Positions 54,500 to 64,000 of a stretch of DNA of 64,000 nucleotides are shown piece by piece. Source of the DNA: Takakia lepidozioides (lineage: Eukaryota > Plantae > Bryophyta). Positions within the stretch are counted from its first letter, which is position 1. Each line of letters opens with the position of its first letter. The position numbers and the translations under genes are program-made. The stretch is from NCBI GenBank assembly GCA_030704615.1, contig CM060733.1, positions 27,218,001-27,282,000 on the forward strand, given 5' to 3'. The notes under the pieces are model-generated. The model did not search any database. It had not been told where the DNA came from and saw only the letters and a list, made by a program, of their open reading frames with translations.

Positions 54500-54897
54500 A
54501 CAGGGAGCTGTACACGACGACCATCTCCTAACTGCCATCCAGGCCTGTAGGATGTTGACTCCTCCCAAAAATCCAGGGTGAAGCCCATGGGATACAACAC
54601 TGCCCCACCAACGAGGACATCGTAAGAGACCGCGTCTGTCACAATGGCTTTGGCTCGCATCACTGAGCTATCTATAGGATGATCTAGCTGTAGTCTAATG
54701 GCCAACTCACGCCGTGTCATGCCCCGAGCCTGCTCTGATCCTCCCAGAGATGTCTGTATCTGGAAAAGACAAGGCTCCATATCCGCCTCCATGAGGCCTA
54801 AACCTACAATAGCAGCTCTGCCCAACATCAGTGGTTGAGCTCCCGAGTCCAACAAGACCCGCAGTGGCCGGTACCTCTTGCCTGCCGGTCCACTCAA
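54500..54897 (-). pseudogene. Retrotransposon aspartic protease
   Basis: RVLLDSGAQ...YDVLVG. Confidence 0.85.
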
Positions 54898-55799
54898 AGA
54901 GAAAATGTCATCCTGGTTGTCTTACAAGACAACTCCAGGTGTCACCATGGCGCGCTCAAAGGCTAGCCTAGCTGGCAGCTTCGTCAACCTGGCAGCTGCA
55001 GCTTTCCATGGCGCAGCCGTGGCAGTCGTGACCCTCAAATCCAAGGATCCCTCTGCCACTACACCTTCCACTAGCTCCGCAGAAGATGAAGTGACATCCC
55101 CACTCTCACAGAGTGTTGCTGCTAGTCTGAACACTGCAGCTGGTCTTATCCCCGGCGTCGCAATCATGGTTGCCGAGAACAGTGGGGCCTGACACACAGA
55201 GGTGGCCGCCCCCAACAACACACTGGCTGCACTAGCCTTGGCAGCAGGTGTCAGTGCTGCACGTTGAGCTCTCCCGAATGGCACAATAACTGCCTCTTCT
55301 TTGGTATACGTCGGGCGAGAACTAGGTGCCATGGATGTCGTCAACCCTGTCTCCGCCAAGATTAATGATTGAGGCAACCTAGCCAAATGGCGTGCCTTTC
55401 CACGTTGTGAATTCAACTCCACCTCTGCACCTCGTGGCTCAGGAACTCGTGCTGCTCCTCGAGTGACGGCTGCAACAGACTCCACCTGCACTAGTGGTAG
55501 TGCTGCCCCACACATAAATCCCATACCTCCCATGTCTCCTCCGTCAGGATGACGCTGCCGAGGAGGAACAAGAGGTGGACCCTCAGGTCTTGGAGCTGGT
55601 ACCACCTGAGCTGTGGCCATGGCAGCAAGCCTTTGCTCTAGCTGTTGAAGCCGGTTGGCCATGCCTTGGTCAACGCCCTGACCTCCATGTTCTTGGCCAT
55701 ACTGCGCTTGCCCTCGTCCTGCACCTCGTGCCTGACCACCTCGTCCTCTCTGAGGTGCTCCACCTCACCCTCGACCACCATTGTTCCCTTGGAACTGGC

Positions 55800-57110
55800 C
55801 TCGCCTCAACTCAGGGTGCAAGTCATAACATTAGGCATCTCCATGCCCATACTTGCTACAATGCCCACACTGCAACTGTGCAGGCTGTGCTTGTGCCGTC
55901 CCTTTGCCACTCTCTGGGCAATCTTTCTTGACATGGGGTCCTCCACATTTCCAAGATACCACCCCTGGTTGCTGTTGGCCTGCAAAAGATACTACTGGCC
56001 TCTGCACCTGAGGTCCCCTGTAAGCTCCATGGAATTTGGGTTGGGCAACCTTGCCCCCCTGACCACGCTGTTGGGCAGTCCCTTGTGCCTGTTGGCTGGC
56101 AGCTGCGCCTTGTGCAGGCATGTCCTTGCTAAATCCAATGGTAACAACTCGCTCTTCCACCATGTTGAGCTCAATCCACTCAGCCAGCAGAAACACATCT
56201 GCTAATGTGGGTTGGGCCACTTGTAACAGGGTTGCATCCCGCACCCTTCTCCTGAGCTCCTTGTCCAAAATTCCATACCAGAACTGGACTGCCTGAGCTT
56301 CAGTAACCCCTTGGGTCACACTTATCAAGCGCCTCATACGAGTGTAGGCCTCTCGCAAGCTCTCACCGGATTTGCGTTGGAAATCTTGCAAACTTCGCAG
56401 CTTCTCTGTCCGTACGCCTTGGTAGTTCAGCCGCAATTCCTGGAAGAACTCCACCACTGGGTTGAATCTAGGCACATGTGTTGTAGCTGTGGTAGGAGGA
56501 GTAGTAGCACTTTTTGAACTGGTACCACCTGCAGACGTACCGGCACTACTTGTCCCATTACTAGTGCTGGCAGTGGGAGATATTGGTGCTGATGCAGCTA
56601 CTGGTCGCGTCATGCCTCGAGTAATGGAGATGTAGTCAGGTGACCAATACATCCTCCACTCCTCAATCTCTACTTCATGTCCTCGCCTGAACTCGTGGTA
56701 ATCGTCCATAGACGGGCCTTCCAAATGCTGGAACAGTCCCTTCCACGCCATGAATGGGATGAACAGCTGTGGATTGCGCATCTGCTGCAAATCACACCAG
56801 CTTCGAATTCCTAGATAAAGTCATCCAGCTCGATTGTGCCCACAGCTCCAGAGTACCTACGAGGCCCCTTGGTAGCTCCATACATCTCCTCCATGTCGTC
56901 CCACAATAATGGCGAAGAAAACTGCACACCTGTTGATGAAGCCTCCGAGTCTGTGTCAGACTCTATACTAGTTGAGGGTGGAGGTGAAGGTGGTATGAAC
57001 CGAACACCTCGTCTTGTGAACCCACTCTCACTGCTACTGCCTGTAGCCGTACTCCCCTCAAAACCCTTGGGTAACTCCGTGATGATACTCACATCCTGCA
57101 CCTCCCCCAC
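55800..57110 (-). pseudogene. Gypsy gag with zinc knuckles
   Basis: LQDFQRKSGESLREAYTRM (major-homology-like region). Knuckles WKCGGPHVKKDC and CGHCSKYGHGDA*C. Confidence 0.8.
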
Positions 57111-58269
57111 GTGACACTATAAGGCTCTAGTACTAATTATAATAGTGACACGGGTGGGCACCTGTTGCGGTTTAAGGGTCATATCCCAATGGCTCAGGGC
57201 ACCTGCACCTGCATCCACCCAAAAACACATATGGTTGGCTGGTCATCAACCCAGTCTCACCATAGAAGAAGCACTGGTGGTCTTGCTGGTCATCACTCCA
57301 GCCTCACCACCGACAACATACTTGACCGGTGATCAAATCCGGCCTAATCCCTATGAAAGCAAGCGCCCACACAAAACCAACATGGCGCACAGTCAAGCAT
57401 GCAGGTATTGGGGGGGATCCAAACACAAGAAATCAAAACATCAACACCCCCACACCAAAATCCCTCCTCAGCGCTGCTCCTGCAGAATACCCCAGCCCAA
57501 AAACCCGGACTGACTCTTGCCTCCACCTATGGAAAGGTTTTGGCCTACCGAGAGGATGGAAAGCTATGGGGAGGAGAGACTAAAGCAATTCCTAACCCCA
57601 ACATGTCATCATCCCGACACTCTCCATTTCCTCTCTAGCCATACACTAATGTCAAATAGTGACATGTGTGTTACGAACAGAAAGCTTGGTGATCATCCCT
57701 GACTTGAAACAACTTATTCAATGGACCTCAAATATATGTGGGGAGGATCTAATTGGTGGAATTTTTTACTAAAAGTATTAAATATATCATATCTATCATC
57801 TAAAATTAAATATTTGGATAAATCCCTCAATTTGAGGTACCTATATAGACTTTCATGGAGGAAAAATCTGCCTCTTTTGGTCCACCGTACCCTGCAACTA
57901 CCCATGGAGATATCAAGTTGGATACTTGTTAGACAAGCACATATCTATCATGATTGAGAGACAGAGGACAAATAGAACTAGGACATCTATTTGCAGATAA
58001 GAATAGAACTAGGACTTCAAATAGAAATATCAAAAATTGAGGTTTGTGTATTTATGAAGGCTTTTAAGCCATTGAGTTCATTTCTTTTCGAAATGAGTAG
58101 TATTTCTCCAGTATGAAGTGTGAAACCTGTTTTTGTCTTTGTTCCTACATTACTTGTATGACTGTATGTTGAAGCTAGAGTACTCAGTATCTTTTCTCCT
58201 ATGAAAATCTTGAAGCACCACCATGAGCTCTGGTGCAACCACCACCTTTAGGAGAAATTCAGGTCAATA

Positions 58270-58420
58270 TGTTATAGGCCCCCACGTTCAGATGAGTTAG
58301 GGATTGTGCCAAAGCTCCTTTAGACATTCCCAAAATTTGGTGGTGAAAACTTTCATATATGGAAGTTCAAGATGTCTATGGTGCTGAAAGAGAGGAAGGT
58401 ATGTAACATAGGAAATGGGA
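58270..58420 (+). mobile_element. Ty1/copia remnant: PBS-like site plus gag N-terminus
   Basis: GTTATAGGCCC (copia-type PBS-like) followed by IPKFGGENFHIWKFKMSMVLKERK. Confidence 0.6.
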
Positions 58421-58544
58421 CTGAGCAAACTTGACCTTCAGAACGTAATACTACAAATTGATTCCAGTATGATGAGAGGGATCCGGAGGGCAGAGGCTCT
58501 AGTTGTTCGAAGTTTACATGACTTTGAATGGTCGATGCATGTGC

Positions 58545-58895
58545 ATACAATTACAGTACATGCTGGATTGGTGAAATATGTCGTCTCCATGAAGGTGCAA
58601 TAAGCAAGAAGAACACGAACTACCTTCCAATAAGTTGCCTCCATCACCTAATGAAAAAAAACTTGTGTCCTAATGATCTTTGTCATTGATTGACGAAGAG
58701 TTTGGAGTGGTTGTCCTTGAGATCCTGCTTAAGTGATCCGGACGACTATTGTAACCACTCATAACAGCTTGAATAACAGTCGCAAGGCTCTAAGTGAAAA
58801 GATACCGTACCACTTAATAGTAAGAAATTTCCAAGAACTTCCCAAGAAATTTCGCCATCTTTTAGCCACCTTAGGGGATTTTACCATAGCCCATG
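58545..58895 (-). pseudogene. Decayed TAA1/TAR exon fragment, a paralog of exon 398-771
   Basis: The reverse complement aligns with 398-770 (TGGGCTATGGTAAAATCCCCT..., GCTTATTGCACCTTCATGGAGACGACATATTTCACCAATCCAG), with deletions and frameshifts. Confidence 0.8.
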
Positions 58896-61535
58896 TGATC
58901 CACAAGACCAACAAAGCTGATACATCTCAGAAATATGTCATGTTGTCCATCAGGCAAACCCTCAAATTCGGAGATCCGATAGATCTAGGCACATATATAT
59001 CTAGACTAACCTTTGTCTCAAGACCATGCGCAGACTTCTACATAATAAGTCACATTGAGATTTCCAATTGAATGAATCATCAGAAGGTTGCTATTCACTC
59101 TATATAATTTCTGTTGAATTAACCCTTGACTTCCTACGGAACCGTTTCGGGTTTCATAGAACATGGTATATTAACGTAATTTTTGCAGATCTTAATATTT
59201 TTAGGTCGTTTCTTCAACAATAAATGACCTGACGACATGGCATATCATCTCCAATTGGCAGCATGCCATTTGGAGAAAGTCTGCCACGTCCACAAATCTC
59301 CAAACCCAATGGGTCACAAATGCTCTTGCATGGAGTGAGGCTACATGGCCAATGCTGATTGGACAACACTTCAGGCCACTTTAAGGGGGGGGGGCGGCAA
59401 TTTTTACAATTTTTGCCATTGGATGTGGGCATAATTTGGACCAAGGTGTGAAGAGAGTCAAGACAAGAACTGTACTGAGCGACAGATGGACACTGAACTC
59501 GTTCTTGTGATAGGCTTCTCCCTGGGGATTTTGAATTTGAGCAATATTTCATAGCATCTTTGTGGAGGCCAAGTCCCAATTTCTAAGTCTTTGTAATGAT
59601 GGTAGTTTGTCGGACCCCCAAAGAAACACTTACAAAGTACCCCTATGCTAAACCTAACTTTTGCCCCTCATTTTTTGCATTGACATGGCATTCCTACCAC
59701 AGATTATGAATGTGTGGAGTAAACACTCCACCAAAAATTTAAAAGCCTCTCAAATTAGTTGGTCAAGGCTAAAAAACAATGTTTTCAAAAATAAAAACAA
59801 ATAATCTATCCTCCCTAAAACCATATAATCTCCTATATTTGACGGTGAAACAAATTCATTTTTGGTGAGTGCATGCACCGGGTGGCCCTACGTGTGTAAA
59901 CGTGTTAAAGTGATAGATCTGCAAGGCGTTGTGTGTCACCTTCTGGCTGACCAGTCCCACCGGCCCTCATGTGTTGACCGAGGGTTGGTAAATTTGAAGT
60001 ACGTGCACACTTGCAGTCGCTTACTCAACAATTCGTCAGTGAAACCCACCCGCAGAACGCCACATGTATACTAGTCTATGTAGCAGCTCGGTAAAATGGA
60101 ATGGCTTTCTTGGCTATGGATCAGAATTTCTGGGTCACAGACGAGTGTTTGGAGTTTGGACAGCAGGGCTGTGTCGGACGAGCTTCGAGTAATATCTCAA
60201 TCATTATTAACGGACATAAGTAAGCAGGCCTTCCTCTTCCATTTTCAAAAAGGCAAATCCAAGGATGTACTGTTTAACAGATTACGAGGCTCATTACTAC
60301 CAGGGGACAATCATGCTGCATTTGTTGCCCACCTCTATTCCTCGTGTGCATGCTTACTTAACACAATCAAGACGAAGCAGTTCTAATTAAAAAAACTAAA
60401 GCAACTAGAGTTTCAGTAGACAGAAGGTTTTGTATAATCTAGCTGCTCCAATTCCTCTCATAGAGTTACAAAGTAAGTTAGTGTAGCTTGGTGAAGCATG
60501 TCCATGACAGAGGGAGGGAGAGGATGACATGCAGAGCAGGACCCGAGTAGTTGGGGTGGGCCAAGAATACCCAAGACAAGTGGCTAATCAGACACGTAGC
60601 CACGTGACCACACATAATTCCAAGCTACAATTAGAAAATCCCTGACGAAAAGCTGCAGTCCTACAAGTGTCCCTTGTAGGCCGGGTTTCTGTTTCCAGCC
60701 CAGTGACGTAGCTACACATGGCATCTGCCTCAGCTGTCGATTGCAAGTCCAACCTTCAGTCTCCCTTATATGCCACATGTCCTCTCCAGAAAATTTGAAA
60801 CAGAAACAAGAGAGCGAGAAATGTAAGAGATATATAAAAAAGAAAAAAGGCTGTGAAGGAAGCAGGCGATGGTGGAGTGCACGTGCAGAGAGCAGGGGTG
60901 CCACGTCGGGAGCGTGCTGCTCTGATTTAGACTGTACGTGTTTCTCGAAGCATTCTTGAATGTTTGCGTGCGGATCTCCGGTGTCGGGAGCTCGGTGGTG
61001 CACAGCATCTTAGCTTCTTAGCTGTACTGTATTGGGTCCCCATGTTTTTTCCTTATCTGGAATGATGAATGCTCCATATTTTGAGGATTGGGTTTCTTCT
61101 TGGTTGCTGCTCTTCCTTGTTTGTAGGCGGGGTTTGTAGTGGGAGGAATTTTCCGCTTGAATGATAGGGTAGGGTTGCGTTGGGAGTCTGCACTGTCTAA
61201 GCCCTGCATTGCCTGGACTTAAGCTTGTTCTTCGAGGTCAATTTCCATGCTTTCTAAGGTGGTGAGCTTTTACTCTGACTGGAGGGGAAAGAAGCTGGTG
61301 GATGCGCTGAGAATGAGTGTCGAATCGGTTCACCTCTGTTTCTGAACTCTCGGTGCAGTTTCTCTGATTTTAAGCCGTTTCTCTCGTCATTGTACCTCAC
61401 ACATTGATTTTAACGCACTATGTTCATCGAGGTAAGGAATTCAGGCATCTGTGTTGGGTTTTTGAACCTTTCACCAATTCTTTCTTTCTCTGTTGCTTTA
61501 TCGAAGCAAGTAATAGTAAGAGAAAACTAGCAATT

Positions 61536-64000
61536 ATGAGTGGAGGTGGGGTGCCCTCGCATGGAGCGAGAGCAGGAGTAGCGGAGAGGTGGATATCATC
61601 GCAGGCGGGACCCAACCCGAGCACTTCCCAAGGAAACTCTCCCAGGGCGATGGATGATTCGTCTCCAATGTCACGGTCCTGGACCAACAAATCCCTACCC
61701 CCTACCTCCTCTGTGCCTGTGCAATCTGCTGTTCTTTCGGCGCCTTCGTCGGCGCACCCTTTTGGACGTGCCATGGCAGAGAGCTCTCTGGGAGCTCCGT
61801 CGACGGATTCTCTGTCAGGGTTCGGTAGCCCCTACTCGCAGTCAGGTGCTCTGTCAAATTCTCTCCCAGCCAAATCTGCATCTTCAGGTTTTGGCTCTGA
61901 AGTGCAGAATTCATTCCTTCCTACACACGGTGGACTGTCCCAGCAAGACTACTCTCAGGCTGCATCTCAGGTCTCTCAACAAAAGCCAACAATGAATTTC
62001 TCAGCCCATTCTCCTTCTAGCTCTTCAGTAGGGCTAGCTTCTACTCAGAATGGTTTGGCCAGGCTCCGCCTCTTCCTGCGTGATCACAAGGACGATCCCA
62101 TGGATTCATCTCAACCAACTTCAGGCGCACCCGAGAATAGCTACCCCTCTTCTGGAAACGAGAAGCTATACGAGGCCTACAATGACCTTCACAGCCTAGC
62201 ACAAGATTTCCACAAACCCTTTGATGCACCTGCAATTCTGGTAGTCGGACATCAAACTGATGGAAAGAGTGCTCTTGTGGAAGCTCTCATGGGCTTCCAG
62301 TTCAACCACGTGGGTGGGGGCACCAAGACGAGAAGGCCCATCACTTTGCACATGAAGTATAATGCTTCCTGTACCGAGCCCCGCTGCTTCCTGGTCACAG
62401 AAGATCGGCCACCCAGGGAGGAGGAGAAGAGTCTTGAAGAGCTCCAGGTAAATTTTACTTCCCAACCAGGAGAATTGCAATATAATGTCCGCCAAAACGG
62501 AGAGATTGAGATGAAGAACATACTGTTCATGGAGAGCCAGTGGTGCCAGCAAAGATTCTACTCTTCAGCCTCTGATGGAAGTGGTTCGGTGAAAGCCATT
62601 CACATGTTCAGTGCACCATGGTGACAGTTACCACCTAGGAACCCCTTACAGTCTCTGTGAAAAAAACCTGACTTGGAGAACACTCACACAAGTACTCAGA
62701 AGGTAGGCATCTCATAATTCCCTTAGTTGCACCATGGGTTGCATTACCGGCAGTTTCCCTGTGAATGAAGGGAGCTTACATACTTTCCTTTTGATCAATG
62801 GAACTCAATACATGGCTGCAGCATGTAGATCCTCAGAGGGGAAGTGGGCGACAGATGCTTTGACTACAAAGCTGCCACGATAGTGTGGCAAAGTTGTTTT
62901 AACAGAGGGCAATCCTTGGTGTTGACTATGTTAAGTTTCCACTACAAAGAAAGATCTTGACGGCCCATGAAGAAATCTCCACAAGCTGTACTGACTAGGA
63001 GAGCTGAAATAAAGATACTTTCCCACATATCTAATTTGTTGTCATTGGTCTACTGCTTGTTGTCATTGGGTAGAAAGAGAGAAAGAAAGAAGGAAGAAGG
63101 TCGGGAGAGCAATTATTGATGGAGGCTCTATCAAGCCAGTAGAAGCCAGCGGATGCAAATTCACCTTTCTTCCGTCACGTATGGACAACCATTAGGCAGA
63201 CATGTGTGTAATTTACACAAAACTTGATTTTTTTCAGACAGATCACCAATGGCATTTCTGGATTACATACTAATATCCCAATATCATACACAAGTGTTTA
63301 AGCCTCTTGATGATTTCTATTGGGTTAGTACTCTATGTGATGGTGCAGTTGAACATTCTCTGCACATGATGTCCAAGCACATATGCTTTGTTCCTGTGCT
63401 ATGTGCAAGACAGCCTGCAGTATGGGTTTCAATTAGAGTGTTATACTTTTCTGTTTTCCTTTCACGACCAGCTTATGAACCACTAATTGGAGACCTTGGA
63501 CTGCATTAATGTGTGTTCCCAATGTCTCAATGCAGGGATATATTGAGGCAGAGAACATGCGGCTTGAGCGGGAAGCGTGCCAGTTCTGGGCAAAGGAGAT
63601 AATATTGAAGATAGAGTATAAGTCTTGCCCCAATCTTACAATTATTGACACTCCAGGTCTCATTGCTGCTGCCCCTGGCCGCAAAAATCTCTCTCTTCAG
63701 GTCTGTTAAACCATCCGGAGATTCACTGTGCTACTTTCTAATGGGTACTTAGGTACTTGGATCCAACATGCTCGCTAAATTGCTTAAGAAAGTGGGACAA
63801 GTGATCGCTTTAGATCTTGCTAAAATACAAGCTGGTAGATTAGTTTGAACTTCTGTTGGTGTTTGTCCCACTTCTAAGCTCTCTTTCTTGATGAAATATC
63901 TTTCTAAGTACACTGCTTGATTGCCAAGCTGTCATCTCCCTCTTTCTTCTTTTTCAGTGTCATATTGTTGGTAACAGGCACAAGGACGAGCGGTGGAGGC
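61536..64000 (+). CDS. ARC5: Dynamin-related plastid-division protein ARC5/DRP5B, 5' part. Exons 61536-62447, 63536-63700, 63978->64000.
   Basis: LYEAYNDLHSLAQ...PAILVVGHQTDGKSALVEALMGFQFNHVGGGTKTRRPITLHM, then YIEAENMRLE...CPNLTIIDTPGL, then QGRAVEA. GT-AG introns are in phase. Confidence 0.95.

Larger units (their letters stand above)
49960..57160 (-). mobile_element. Ty3/gypsy LTR retrotransposon: gag, protease, DNMT3-like methyltransferase, RT, (RNase H deleted), integrase, PHD
   Basis: Domain order and motifs are listed in the sub-features below. A PPT-like TAGGGGGCGAT is followed by TGTGG at 50044. A degenerate tRNA-Lys-like PBS (GGTGCCCACCCGTG) lies near 57150-57162. No matching LTR pair was found. 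Confidence 0.9.

Noticed and set aside
57163-57650. 5' LTR of the gypsy element
   Set aside because: It starts TG next to a PBS-like site, but I found no match to the 3' LTR-like sequence at 49.3-50.0 kb. An LTR pair and TSD cannot be claimed.

Overview
Eukaryotic, intron-containing land-plant DNA. A non-seed plant is likely, judged from the PPR style and retroelement types, but this is an inference. Host genes are sparse: the 3' part of a TAA1/TAR tryptophan-aminotransferase gene with a frameshift (1-1056), an intact three-exon CYP71-clan P450 (6580-8960, minus strand), PLS-PPR pseudogene fragments (33.3-37.1 kb), a second decayed TAR fragment (~58.5-58.9 kb), and the 5' part of the plastid-division dynamin ARC5/DRP5B (61536 to the window end). 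The rest is a nested transposon landscape: Tc1/mariner, hAT, piggyBac-like, CACTA and PIF/Harbinger DNA elements, an L1-type LINE, a tRNA-derived SINE and copia remnants. Two decayed retroelements stand out because each carries an epigenetic writer and a reader. (1) A Ty3/gypsy element (~50.0-57.2 kb, minus strand) has a complete DNMT3-like cytosine-C5 methyltransferase in frame between protease and RT, and a PHD finger after the integrase. (2) A RandI/Dualen-like non-LTR element (~39.5-43.8 kb, plus strand) has a 2A-like motif, a chromodomain, an N6-adenine-methyltransferase-like domain, RNase H and a restriction-like endonuclease. All protein assignments come from motif recognition by eye; no searches were run.
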